Below are positions 49,098 through 59,170 of a stretch of 64,000 bases of DNA, piece after piece (position 1 is the first letter of the stretch; each line of letters begins with the position of its first letter). The position numbers were made by a program, and so were the translations under genes. The notes beneath the pieces were generated by a model. It did no database searches, had not been told where the DNA came from, and was given only the letters and a program-made list of their open reading frames with translations. Location: contig CALXZH010000031.1 of assembly GCA_944393175.1 (NCBI GenBank), forward strand, positions 2,117 to 66,116. The letters are read 5' to 3'. The stretch is from an uncultured Alphaproteobacteria bacterium (GTDB lineage: Bacteria; Pseudomonadota; Alphaproteobacteria; RF32; CAG-239).

Positions 49098-49913
49098 ATG
49101 AAAACTTTGATTGTTATTCCTGCCAGATACGGCTCAACTCGTTTTCCGGGTAAACCTTTAGCTAAAATTGCCGGAAAGGAAATGTTATTAAGAGTTTGGG
49201 AAAATGCTTGCAAAGCTGCCGCTAAGTTTGATAGCTGCGAAGCTGTTGTGGCTACAGATGATGATAGAATTATGGATTTTTGTAAGGCAAATAATATCAG
49301 AGCCGTTATGACTTCCGTTAATTGTCCGACCGGAACAGACAGAGTTATTGAAGCTGCTGAAAAAATGCAAGAGTTTCCAGAATTCGTGGTCAATCTGCAA
49401 GGCGATAATCCTTTGTGCCCGACTTGGTTTGTGGAGGCTGTTATTAGTGAATATTATAAAAATGACAGAGTTGAAACCGTTACTCCGGTAGTGAACCTTT
49501 CTTGGGAAGATTTGGATAATTTAAGAGCTCATAAAAAAACAACCCCGTTTAGCGGAACTACTGCCGTATTTAATGCCGAAGGTGATGCTTTTTATTTTTC
49601 AAAAAATATTATTCCGGCCATTCGTAAAGAAGATAAGGTGCGCGAGGCTATGGATATGTCTCCGGTATATCGTCAAGTCGGCTTGTATGGCTATCGTTTG
49701 GATGTGTTGCGTAAAATTGCAAAATTGCCTGAAGGTATTTATGAAAAATTGGAAGGTTTGGAGCAGTTACGCTGGATTGAAAATGGTATTAAAGTTCGTT
49801 GTGTGAAGGTTGATTATCGTGAGTTTAAAAAAATGTCTGCGTTGTCCGGCGTGGATTCTCCCGAAGATATTGCCAGAGTGGAAGAAGCCTTGGCTGAATT
49901 GGGAGAATTTTAA
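49098..49913 (+). CDS. kdsB: 3-deoxy-manno-octulosonate cytidylyltransferase
   Basis: IPARYGSTRFPGKPLA, TGTDR, NLQGD, LEGLEQLRW. Confidence 0.95.
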   Translation: MKTLIVIPARYGSTRFPGKPLAKIAGKEMLLRVWENACKAAAKFDSCEAVVATDDDRIMDFCKANNIRAVMTSVNCPTGTDRVIEAAEKMQEFPEFVVNLQGDNPLCPTWFVEAVISEYYKNDRVETVTPVVNLSWEDLDNLRAHKKTTPFSGTTAVFNAEGDAFYFSKNIIPAIRKEDKVREAMDMSPVYRQVGLYGYRLDVLRKIAKLPEGIYEKLEGLEQLRWIENGIKVRCVKVDYREFKKMSALSGVDSPEDIARVEEALAELGEF

Positions 49914-50548
49914 TGGTTACCAGATTAATTATTGCAAGACACGGTAATACTTTTACCAAAGAGCAAACACCTACAAGAGTTGGCGGCAGAACGGATTTGC
50001 CTTTGGTGGAAACCGAGCGCGGTACCAATATCGGTAAGTACCTGAAACTAAAAAATTGGTTGCCGGATGCGGTCTTTGCTGCGCCCTTAAAAAGAACAAT
50101 GGATACAGCAAAATTAGCCGTGGCGGAAATGAAACTTCCTCTTGAAGTTATGGAAGAAGATAGTTTTCGCGAGGTTGACTATGGTCCCGATGAAAACAAA
50201 ACCGAAGATGAAGTTATTGCAAGAATCGGTGAAGAAGCCATAAAATTATGGAATGAAAAAGCCATTGTGCCCAGTGGTTGGTTGGTGAATGTTGAGGACT
50301 TAATTCAAACCTGGCAAAGGTGGGCCGACAAAATAGCTAAAGAATATAAGGATAAAAATGTTTTGATTGTTTCCAGTAACGGAGTTATTCGCTTTGCTCC
50401 TTATATCACAGGTGATTTTGCGGCTTTTGCAAAAGAGCATGATATTAAGGTCGGGACAGGGTGTGTGTGTGTCTTTGAAAAAGAGGGCAACAATCCTTGG
50501 AAATGTATCGAATGGAATGTTAAACCGGCTAAAGAATTAGCAAAATAA
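49913..50548 (+). CDS. Histidine phosphatase family protein
   Basis: IARHGNT, PLKRTMDTA, EVDYG; TAATG coupling with kdsB. Confidence 0.88.
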   Translation: MVTRLIIARHGNTFTKEQTPTRVGGRTDLPLVETERGTNIGKYLKLKNWLPDAVFAAPLKRTMDTAKLAVAEMKLPLEVMEEDSFREVDYGPDENKTEDEVIARIGEEAIKLWNEKAIVPSGWLVNVEDLIQTWQRWADKIAKEYKDKNVLIVSSNGVIRFAPYITGDFAAFAKEHDIKVGTGCVCVFEKEGNNPWKCIEWNVKPAKELAK

Positions 50549-50580
50549 AAAAAAGTCCCTCATCTGGAGGGATTTTTTTT
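50548..50580. terminator. Bidirectional intrinsic terminator
   Basis: A-run TCCCTC..GAGGGA T-run. Confidence 0.7.
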
Positions 50581-51526
50581 ATTCTTTGTAGGCAGCTCGT
50601 TGAATGCGGTCATTAATTGCCAAGCCTAAACCTTTTTGGGGAATGGGCGACATGCAGATGCCGGTGTAGCCCGGTTGGCGGTCGGCAAAGCGCAAAAAGG
50701 CAAATAATCTGCTGGCGGCTTCTTCCAGATTTCCGGTCGGAGATAGGTTAATATCTGAGGCGGAAACGTCTCCGAATCCGATATAAAATTCTCCCTCTTT
50801 GCGGGAGGAGGCATTAATCCTTAAGGGCTTTGTCGGAGCGTAGTGTTTTAGAAGTTGTCCCGGTGCGCTGGGCTGGTTTGGATTGCCGTGAGATATTAAA
50901 ACTTGCTCGTTCAAAAAATCCTCAAGGGCTTCAAGAGTGGTTCCTCCGGCGCGCAGCATTACCACTTGTTTGCCCGTTACATCAATAATTGTGGATTCTA
51001 CGCCTACTGCGCATTGTCCACCATCTAGAATCATGTCAACTTTGTCGCCTAAACTTTCTTGAACATGGTAGGCCGTGGTTGGGCTGATTGATTTGAATTT
51101 ATTTGCCGACGGCGCTACAATCGGCACGCCGCTTTCTTTTATCAGTTGAAGTGCTACCGGATGCGAGGGCATGCGGACGGCAATATTGGGCAAGCCCGAA
51201 CAAGCCAAATCAATTGCCGGATTGCTGTCCTTTCTTTTTAATATCAGTGTCAGCGGACCAGGCCAAAAATGACGGGCTATATTCATTGCTCGGTCATCGG
51301 TTTGGGCATATTCGGGTAAAAAGTTAATGTCGGCAATGTGGGATATGAGCGGATCAAATTTGGGGCGTTGTTTGGCTGAAAAAATTCTGGCTACGGCATT
51401 TGAAAGATAAACATCTGCTCCCAAACCATAAACAGTTTCGGTCGGAAAAGCAACTAATCCGCCGTTTTTGATTACGTCAGCAGCTTTTTTTATATTGTCT
51501 GCAGATATATCATAAATATTACTCAT
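50579..51526 (-). CDS. tsaC: L-threonylcarbamoyladenylate synthase (Sua5 type)
   Basis: FPTETVYGLGA, KQRP..PLI.H, FWPGPLT, APSAN, GVESTI, APGQ..HYAP. Confidence 0.95.
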   Translation of the reverse strand: MSNIYDISADNIKKAADVIKNGGLVAFPTETVYGLGADVYLSNAVARIFSAKQRPKFDPLISHIADINFLPEYAQTDDRAMNIARHFWPGPLTLILKRKDSNPAIDLACSGLPNIAVRMPSHPVALQLIKESGVPIVAPSANKFKSISPTTAYHVQESLGDKVDMILDGGQCAVGVESTIIDVTGKQVVMLRAGGTTLEALEDFLNEQVLISHGNPNQPSAPGQLLKHYAPTKPLRINASSRKEGEFYIGFGDVSASDINLSPTGNLEEAASRLFAFLRFADRQPGYTGICMSPIPQKGLGLAINDRIQRAAYKE

Positions 51527-51939
51527 GCTTCCATCTTCAAAATATAATTTAAGGCTTGTTCCAAATCTTGATATTCTTCTAGCACTTCGAAGTCATCTTT
51601 GTCAATGATTTGATAAATATTCCATTTTTGACTATATCCCAGAAAGTCAAATTCATCAAAGCCTAATAAAATGGTATCTTGTGCAAGCGGGTGGCTTATT
51701 CTTATGTTTAGGTCCAAAATATCGTTAATGCAATCGTGTTTTGCAAAAATGCCACATAGCCAAGCATCTTGGTAATGAAGTCCGTTATAACTGCGTAAAA
51801 AATTTAGGTAGTCTTGCGGAATATCGGCAATGTGATGTTGTTTTAAGGCTTGCTTGGTTTGGTTTACCAAAAGAGGGGAAAGAGGTTCTTGGAGCCTTGA
51901 TGCTATTTGGGTTTCTATGCGTTGTAAAAGAGATTTCAT
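51523..51939 (-). CDS. YrhA-type SMI1/KNR4 immunity protein
   Basis: IPQDYLNFLRSYNGLHY..LCG..ILLG..Y....YQIIDK.D.EVLEEY. Confidence 0.82.
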   Translation of the reverse strand: MKSLLQRIETQIASRLQEPLSPLLVNQTKQALKQHHIADIPQDYLNFLRSYNGLHYQDAWLCGIFAKHDCINDILDLNIRISHPLAQDTILLGFDEFDFLGYSQKWNIYQIIDKDDFEVLEEYQDLEQALNYILKMEA

Positions 51940-54900
51940 TAACCACGTCCCTGTCTACTGCCGGTGACAATGTAAAATGCCGTTTCGGGTGCTAATGTAT
52001 CTTTTTTGCGTTCTTGGGCATTTAAGGCAATCATTTTTTCGGTGTGTGCACGGTAGCGTTTGGTGCGCTCGTCGTTTGAATAATCATAAGTTAACTGGTC
52101 CTCAGGGGCAAGACCGCCAAAAAAGACGATGTCTTTGTTTTGGGGGTAAATACGGCCGATATAGCGTTCCCAGTTATCAAATTTTTCGGTTTTATCCAGA
52201 CCGTGAAAAAATCTTATATGGTAAGGATCATCAATTATGCCGCTTAGATTTTCAAAGTAATTGGCAGCGGGCAAAATCGGAAATAAATCTTGTGTGATGC
52301 CGCCGGCATCTACAGAATTTGAGGCTTTAGGTTTATGCGCAGTTTGGGGATGGTATTGCTCAAAACTATCTTGGACGGCATTGATGTGATGTACGGCAAT
52401 CGGGATGTTTATGGTATATCCGTCTTTAAACTGCAAAACCGTATTTTCTTTTTCACATATCATTTTGATATTTTGCGACAGGGTATAATTTGCAAATTGT
52501 TTTTTGAGGCTTTCAATATTGGTTGTACCGATTTTTTCTTTTTCCAGATATTGCAGAAAATCTGTTTGATTTTGACTAATGTATTGTAATCCCCAGTAAT
52601 AAAGCTCACCTTTTTCAGGAGATTTTTCTAATTGCTGTGCAATTGATGTAATATAATTTTCTATATTGTGCGGTGTGTTTATAAAGGCAATAAAATTTTG
52701 TCTATGGTGCAAAATAAAGTTTTTGGCAATCTTTTGCACATCTTTATTGGCTCCATTGCTTTTTAAGTTAATGGTTATGTCATTGCTGTAATTGTCCGCA
52801 TCCGTTCCATTATAGAGGTCGTTGTTAAACAATGGCTTGTTGTTTAATATGAATTTATGGGCAATGGACATTGTTGTTAATGTAATGCCTTGTTGTGTAA
52901 ATTTTTTTAATAAAATATCGGCTTCCGTCTCTTTGCACTTGATATGTTGTTGAACAAGCGAATTACGATAAATGTATCCATTACGACGAATAAATTGTTC
53001 CAGTAAATTTCTTAAGGTGGAAATGGTTTCGGTATTGGAAAACTTGCTTAATTCTTTGGGATTCAGAAAGTTGCCTTGATGAAATAAACCACTTATTTCT
53101 TGCGATTTTAGGAGCAAGCCGTGATCTTGGCAAAATTCGCTGAAAATATCAATACGTTCCTTAATGAAGCCGGTTACTTCAGAAAAATCATCAGCAGAGA
53201 GACCCTGATTAAGGATGGTTTTGTGCTTTAGTTCGGCATCGCTTTGGTATTGACGGAGCTTAAAATTTGAATACCAGTAGCGAAAGACGGTTTTGTTGCG
53301 CAAAATGAATTGTTTTGCAAAATCTTTGATATATGAGGGTATTTTTTGGGTTTTGATGATGAAATTTGTTATATCCGTATACTGCTCATTTAGTTCTTGA
53401 TAGGTTAAAATGTTATTTTGTTTGAAAAATTCACTATATTCCTTACGGTGTTGCAAAATATAGTCTTTAACCAAGGGGTAGGTCTCATGAGTGATACCTG
53501 TTTGCTGCAATTGTTTGCTTAGGTCGGAAGCTGGATCATGGCTTAGAATAAAGTTTTCAATGCCCTCTCGCATATATTCGGGAATGAGCGGTGGATTGAG
53601 TTTATTGGTTATATATTTGATATAATTTTCATCACGATTATCTGTTTGCAGAAATTGCTTACATTTTTCAATATTTTGTTTGCTGTATTCCATTACAAAA
53701 ATTTCAAATTTCCCTTTGAGGGGTTTGCTTCTGAGCTTTTCCGTAATTAATTGGCTTTCGCGCGGTGAAAAATGCTTGCTTTGTAAAAATTGCTGGAAAT
53801 CTTCGCTGTCGGACAGAGCAAAGCCTTTTAAATTTTCTTTTAAGTAAAAGGGCATTTCTTGATCGTTCAGAGCTTCAAAGGTCGCATTGAGTAGATGGCT
53901 CGAGATATACTTTCTTTTAAGATAGTTCTTAAAAGTGGTTTCGTTGCTTAAGATAAATCTGTTCATTTCTCCCGTGAGCGGGGTCCCGGTATTTTCTAAT
54001 TGCTCCAGAATATCTGCCATATGATCCTGATTGTAGACTTGTTCTTTGGTAAAAGTCAAAAAACTGTTTTTATGATTATGCAGATATTCCAACATGTAGT
54101 CTTGTATGCTGTTTTTGAGGTCAATATTGGCGGTGACACCTTTTCTTTGGGCTATTTTTATCAGTGCCTCAACATAGCGTTCATCATAGTTATGACGTTT
54201 GAAATAATCTCTAAACCAATCGGCATTTTTTTTGAATAAGTCTTTGATGAAAGCTTGTCTTGCTCCTAAGAAAATTCTGACGCTCTCACCTTCCTGTGTT
54301 TCTGGTTTTTGATAATAATTGTAGAGAATGTCTGAGTAGTCATAAACGTTTAAATAGGGAAGAATTTGAGGGTCAAGCCCTTGTTTAGCCATTTGAATGC
54401 GGACTTTGTTTTCTATGGTATGAAATCTTGGAAAAGTGCGCATTAAACGCCATGTCGGTGAGATGTTTAAGTCATAATCTTGAGGAGAGTAAGGGGTGTG
54501 CTCGGTAAGGGAGTGAGCTTCCATATTATCTGCAAGATCCGTGTCTAACGGTGCTTTAGCTCTCTTTTTGTCTTTACGGCTATGTCCTTCGGCAAATATG
54601 GTTGAATTTTTGATATAGGCTTCGCTTTTTTGGTCGGGACGCGGTTTGTTGACTGTTCCGTAAAAGTCAATACGAATTAAGTGCTTTTCGGGGCGACTTA
54701 AGGCGTAATGTTTCTTTTCAACGTAGATTAGCCCCCATTGCTTGAATTTTTGAATAAGAAGTTGTTTGTATTGCTCTTTGTTTTTGTAGCGCAACTCTTT
54801 AGCGACTGTTCGGTCTCCGTTATAGTATTTATCAAGTAAATCGAGTAGTTCTTGCTCGGCTGAAGATGCTTCCTCTTTGGAGAAATTTTGTTGCAGATGT

Positions 54901-55058
54901 TGGGTAACAGGAGAGATGTCTTGGAAGTTTTCGGCGGTCAGGACAACAGGTGTCGTGGTCAATTTGTCCATTATTTTTTCCGCAGGAGTTTGTACTTCTT
55001 CCGAAAGGTATTCGGGAGAGGCTTTTAACGGATTATAGCGTTTTTTATTGGCACTCAT
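51939..55058 (-). CDS. Large putative HNH toxin/effector with internal helical repeats
   Basis: F..ARQAFIKDL (about 54240-54275), then about 12 repeats, then VHH..N.FENL..I.DDPYH..FH (about 52200-52395); coupled to an SMI1 gene. Confidence 0.68.
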   Translation of the reverse strand: MSANKKRYNPLKASPEYLSEEVQTPAEKIMDKLTTTPVVLTAENFQDISPVTQHLQQNFSKEEASSAEQELLDLLDKYYNGDRTVAKELRYKNKEQYKQLLIQKFKQWGLIYVEKKHYALSRPEKHLIRIDFYGTVNKPRPDQKSEAYIKNSTIFAEGHSRKDKKRAKAPLDTDLADNMEAHSLTEHTPYSPQDYDLNISPTWRLMRTFPRFHTIENKVRIQMAKQGLDPQILPYLNVYDYSDILYNYYQKPETQEGESVRIFLGARQAFIKDLFKKNADWFRDYFKRHNYDERYVEALIKIAQRKGVTANIDLKNSIQDYMLEYLHNHKNSFLTFTKEQVYNQDHMADILEQLENTGTPLTGEMNRFILSNETTFKNYLKRKYISSHLLNATFEALNDQEMPFYLKENLKGFALSDSEDFQQFLQSKHFSPRESQLITEKLRSKPLKGKFEIFVMEYSKQNIEKCKQFLQTDNRDENYIKYITNKLNPPLIPEYMREGIENFILSHDPASDLSKQLQQTGITHETYPLVKDYILQHRKEYSEFFKQNNILTYQELNEQYTDITNFIIKTQKIPSYIKDFAKQFILRNKTVFRYWYSNFKLRQYQSDAELKHKTILNQGLSADDFSEVTGFIKERIDIFSEFCQDHGLLLKSQEISGLFHQGNFLNPKELSKFSNTETISTLRNLLEQFIRRNGYIYRNSLVQQHIKCKETEADILLKKFTQQGITLTTMSIAHKFILNNKPLFNNDLYNGTDADNYSNDITINLKSNGANKDVQKIAKNFILHHRQNFIAFINTPHNIENYITSIAQQLEKSPEKGELYYWGLQYISQNQTDFLQYLEKEKIGTTNIESLKKQFANYTLSQNIKMICEKENTVLQFKDGYTINIPIAVHHINAVQDSFEQYHPQTAHKPKASNSVDAGGITQDLFPILPAANYFENLSGIIDDPYHIRFFHGLDKTEKFDNWERYIGRIYPQNKDIVFFGGLAPEDQLTYDYSNDERTKRYRAHTEKMIALNAQERKKDTLAPETAFYIVTGSRQGRG

Positions 55059-55187
55059 CCATTTTTCCTGTTTTGTTATTTTGTCTAAAATATAAACTAT
55101 TTTTATAAAAAATCCAGCTTTTAATTAGGGGTTTATTATTATTTTGTTGCTATATTATGTATATTCGTTGTTTATGGGAGAAAAATT

Positions 55188-56606
55188 ATGCTGGAATTTG
55201 TCTTTAGAGGGGAATTTTTTGATGAAAATTATCCTCAAGTTGTACTACTTAGCGAAAAGTGGCAAGCCGATATTAAACGACTCGACCAATTGAAGAAAAA
55301 TGTGCAAGAAACTCTCATAAAATCCTGTGAAATATTTGATTTAGCCAAAGTAAAAAAGCTTAAAATTATTACAAATAATCAGATGTTTGTTGTGATGATC
55401 TGTCAACCGGATTCCTATAAAACTTTTGTCCATAAGCTCTATGCCGAAATTGCTGATTTGCAAAAGGTGCAAATTTTTGCGGCACCAAGTTGTAAATTAG
55501 ATGTCTCTGCAGTGGCGTTGGCTTTGGAAGGTGAGGCGTATCGTTTTGACAAATATAAAACCAAGCAGAAAAGTGATGAACTTCCGGCTTTGGAAACTGT
55601 TTGTTTTCCGCAATTTGAAAAGCCGGATAATTGGAAAGAAACGTTGGCGCTTGCAAACGGTATTCGTTATGCCAAAGATTTGGGCAATGAACCTTCTAAT
55701 TTTTTGACACCAGAAGTATTGGGCTTAGATATAAAACGCTTGGAGTACTTGGATATTCGAGTAGATTTGTTTGATTGGAATTATATTACAAAAAATAAAA
55801 TGGGTTTAATTGAAGCTGTTGCAAAAGGTTCGACTAATAAGCCTTGTCTTGCGGTTATGCAATATTTAGGTAATCCAAACCGCAAAGATTGGACTCTTGG
55901 CTTGGTTGGAAAGGGTGTTACTTATGACAGCGGCGGCATCAGCTTGAAATTAGATGACCAACAAATCGGTGAAAAGAAAGATATGTGCGGAGCGGCGGCC
56001 GTGATTGCCGCAATGAAGGTTGCAGCTTTGCAAAAATTGCCGATTAATTTGGTGGCAGTCTTGCCGATAGTTGAAAATATGCCGGCGGCAAATGCTTATA
56101 AACCTGATGATGTGTTGATTTCAATGTCTGCACAAACCGTAGAAGTGGTTGATACAGATGCCGAAGGCCGGCTCATTTTGGCTGATGCTTTATGGTATTT
56201 ACAAGAGAAATTCAGGGTTAAAAAAGTTATTGATATTGCAACACTGACGGGCTCTACATCCTATATCTTTGCAGGACACTATGCTGCTTTGCTCGGAAAT
56301 GATGATAGTTTGATGAAAATCGTTCAAAAAGCTGCAAAAATTTCGGGAGAAAAAGTTTGGGAACTACCGATGGATGAAGAAATTGATAAGCGTTTGAAAT
56401 CTGAAATTGCGGACTTAAAACAATTGGCTAAAAAAGAAGCTGATTCTACTCAAGCCGCCTGCTTCTTACGGCATTTTATTAAACAAGGCGTGGCTTGGGC
56501 TCATTTGGATATTGCAGGGTGTGAGGCTGACAAAAGCGGCAATGCCAGCGGTTTCGGTGTGGCTCTGTTGGTCAATATTATTCATTCTTTGATGGAGAAA
56601 AAGTAA
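55188..56606 (+). CDS. Leucyl aminopeptidase (M17)
   Basis: GKGVTYDSGG, KDMCGAA, DTDAEGRL, DIATLTG, WAHLDIAG. Confidence 0.93.
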   Translation: MLEFVFRGEFFDENYPQVVLLSEKWQADIKRLDQLKKNVQETLIKSCEIFDLAKVKKLKIITNNQMFVVMICQPDSYKTFVHKLYAEIADLQKVQIFAAPSCKLDVSAVALALEGEAYRFDKYKTKQKSDELPALETVCFPQFEKPDNWKETLALANGIRYAKDLGNEPSNFLTPEVLGLDIKRLEYLDIRVDLFDWNYITKNKMGLIEAVAKGSTNKPCLAVMQYLGNPNRKDWTLGLVGKGVTYDSGGISLKLDDQQIGEKKDMCGAAAVIAAMKVAALQKLPINLVAVLPIVENMPAANAYKPDDVLISMSAQTVEVVDTDAEGRLILADALWYLQEKFRVKKVIDIATLTGSTSYIFAGHYAALLGNDDSLMKIVQKAAKISGEKVWELPMDEEIDKRLKSEIADLKQLAKKEADSTQAACFLRHFIKQGVAWAHLDIAGCEADKSGNASGFGVALLVNIIHSLMEKK

Positions 56607-57731
56607 ATGCAAAAAGATGCTAGATTATATCAATTGGCTGAAAATGTGCTAAAAAATTCAGTTAAACTGAAAAAAGGTGAAAAAATTTATATTGAGGCTT
56701 TCGGCAGCTCGGTTTTGGATTTATTTGAAATCTTTATTCAAACCGCAACTAAAATGGGAGCTGTGCCTTTTTATTTTTATAACGACGAGCATTTGTTAAA
56801 AGCGGTGATTGCTAATGCCTCAGCTTCTCAAATGGAGAGTTTTGGCGAAGTGTATCGCAAGCAAATGGCTGATAGTGATGTTTATATTGCTATTCGCGGG
56901 TTTGATGATATTTTTGCTTTGTCTGATGTAAATGAAAAACAGATGGCTTTGTATATGAAGTATTATTTTAATCCGGTGCATAGAACAACCCGTATCCCTC
57001 ATACCAGATGGTGCGTGATGCGTTATCCAAACCAGTCCATGGCGGCTTTGGCCAAAATGTCAGTCAAATCTTTTGAAGATTTTTATTTTGATGCTTGTTT
57101 GGTCGATTATAATAAAATGGCTAAAGCTATGGAGCCTTTGCAGAAGTTGATGGCCAAAACCGATAAGGTTAAAATTATTGCTCCTAATACACATTTGGAA
57201 TTTTCAATTAAAGGAATTCCTGTGATTAAGAGTTGCGGAGAGTGTAATATTCCCGATGGCGAGGTTTATACGGCTCCGGTCAAGGATTCCATAAACGGTG
57301 TCGTGCAATTTAATACCGACACGGTCTTTAACGGAATTTTCTTTTCTAATATCCGGCTCGAATTTAAAAATGGAAAAATTATCAAAGCAACGTCTTTGAC
57401 TAATAACGATAAATTACAAGAAATTCTTAGAACGGATGCCGGCGCCAAGTATATCGGAGAATTTGCCTTAGGGCTTAATCCCGGAATTACACATCCGATT
57501 TTGGATATTTTGTTTGATGAAAAAATCGGGGGCTCTTTCCATATGGCTATCGGCAATTCCTATGATGTGGCCCCAAACGGCAATAATTCAGCTGTACACT
57601 GGGATTTGATTCAGATGCAAGACAAAGCGCATGGCGGCGGAGAGATTTATTTTGACGATGTGCTTATCAGAAAAGACGGAAAATTTGTGTTGAAAAATTT
57701 GCTTGCTTTAAATCCTGAAAATTTAAAATAA
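56607..57731 (+). CDS. Aminopeptidase (M29, AmpS/PepS family)
   Basis: NIPDGEVYTAP, GEFALG, LFDEKIGGSFHMAIG, SAVHWD. Confidence 0.93.
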   Translation: MQKDARLYQLAENVLKNSVKLKKGEKIYIEAFGSSVLDLFEIFIQTATKMGAVPFYFYNDEHLLKAVIANASASQMESFGEVYRKQMADSDVYIAIRGFDDIFALSDVNEKQMALYMKYYFNPVHRTTRIPHTRWCVMRYPNQSMAALAKMSVKSFEDFYFDACLVDYNKMAKAMEPLQKLMAKTDKVKIIAPNTHLEFSIKGIPVIKSCGECNIPDGEVYTAPVKDSINGVVQFNTDTVFNGIFFSNIRLEFKNGKIIKATSLTNNDKLQEILRTDAGAKYIGEFALGLNPGITHPILDILFDEKIGGSFHMAIGNSYDVAPNGNNSAVHWDLIQMQDKAHGGGEIYFDDVLIRKDGKFVLKNLLALNPENLK

Positions 57732-57756
57732 AAGAAGAGGGAATTTCCCTCTTCTT
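57732..57756. terminator. Bidirectional intrinsic terminator
   Basis: AAGAAGAGGGAATTTCCCTCTTCTT. Confidence 0.7.
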
Positions 57757-58450
57757 AAATGGCGACCATACTTATTTTCATGTGCGGATTGTGAAAAATT
57801 TTTGAAAAATACCAGCCGGTTGCGAGGTCGTATCCAACCTGATATTTTTCATCGAAATGATAAAAAATATCACCTATTTCCAGATAATTCCACGCCGTAC
57901 GGTTGGGATTAAAGCCGCGGTGAATTAATATATCCTCCGTAAATGTCGGGTACATTTGAGCATAATTGTTCTTATCGGTTACGAGCCAACTCGTAAACGA
58001 CGGGGTTTGCTCTTCAGGGGTTAGGTAGACACCAACTAAAGATATTTCTTCAAATGGCTCCTTCATCATTTGAAACAGAGCTTTTATATCTTTTTCTTCC
58101 GAAAACACGGCTTGCTCTCGGATGCTTAAACCAAGCGTTTCATCTTGGCACAAAAGATAAGTGCGTCGGTTGCGTAGAAAATGTTTTCCCGCATCTTCAG
58201 GGTAGAAATAGCTCAAATTTCCGCTGATGCTATTGTTGCGACGAAAAGCCCAGAGCGGAAAATAATCTCCCTGAGGGGTTTGCAGCAACCATACCAAATC
58301 CTTTTCCATATGATCGGTGTAGCCGATACCTAAGGTTATCTCTCCGGTGAGAAGTTGGTCTTGAAAAAAGTTTTTGACCTCTTGTTCCGTAGGATATAAA
58401 CACTCAGCTCCGACCGGAACAGTTGTTTCTAAGAACGTAAGCTTTTTCAT
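57755..58450 (-). CDS. Hypothetical protein
   Basis: 231-aa ORF; AT-rich leader without SD. Confidence 0.7.
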   Translation of the reverse strand: MKKLTFLETTVPVGAECLYPTEQEVKNFFQDQLLTGEITLGIGYTDHMEKDLVWLLQTPQGDYFPLWAFRRNNSISGNLSYFYPEDAGKHFLRNRRTYLLCQDETLGLSIREQAVFSEEKDIKALFQMMKEPFEEISLVGVYLTPEEQTPSFTSWLVTDKNNYAQMYPTFTEDILIHRGFNPNRTAWNYLEIGDIFYHFDEKYQVGYDLATGWYFSKIFHNPHMKISMVAI

Positions 58451-58576
58451 AAAGTATCGTTTTTTTAGTTAATAATTTCTTGGTAATATGTGTTATGAAT
58501 TTAACTAAACATAACTTTCTTATTTTGGCAATAAAAAAAGGAGCCTTAGCTCCTTTTTTGGAAATTTGGTTCTATC

Positions 58577-59074
58577 CTATAAAGATTGCCCTTCTTTTTG
58601 TTTGTAAAAACGGGTAATCGCATAACCGCGGTAATTGCCTTTATCAATGTCTCTGGCAATATTGCGAATCTTTATTTGGCGAGCCAAGGCACGTGATTCT
58701 TCAGAAGTGTAAGTCTTGTAGAATTCTTTGTGTTCATTCATAATGTCTCTTATTCCGCGACGATATTTTAAGGCTTCATCGCTGTAGGCATAAAATGTGC
58801 AATATTTTTGGAAAATAAAGGCCATGTGGTCTTCTTTTTCTTCAGCAGACATATTTTGGGTCTTTTCTTTTCCTTTTTGAGAAAATTTATAGCCTTCGGT
58901 TTGCAACATTGCTTTTTCGGCAATGGCTCGTTTGGCCGCGCCGTCATAACTGCGGAATTTTTTGCTGCTTTGTTCAGCGGTTCTCAAATAGGGTTGATTG
59001 GGTAAATTTTTAAAATACTCCAGATTGTTAATGTCTTCTTTAGGAGTATTTTCTGATTGTATGTATTCTGTCAT
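58577..59074 (-). CDS. Hypothetical basic helical protein
   Basis: 165-aa ORF; SD AGGA; terminator at about 58533-58559. Confidence 0.7.
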   Translation of the reverse strand: MTEYIQSENTPKEDINNLEYFKNLPNQPYLRTAEQSSKKFRSYDGAAKRAIAEKAMLQTEGYKFSQKGKEKTQNMSAEEKEDHMAFIFQKYCTFYAYSDEALKYRRGIRDIMNEHKEFYKTYTSEESRALARQIKIRNIARDIDKGNYRGYAITRFYKQKEGQSL

Positions 59075-59170
59075 CTTTTTATCCTAATTTTGTATAGTTA
59101 ATGTGTCTATTTTCACCCTTAGAAATATTTTTTCATAAAAATTTTAAAGTAATCCACAAGAAAATTATTT

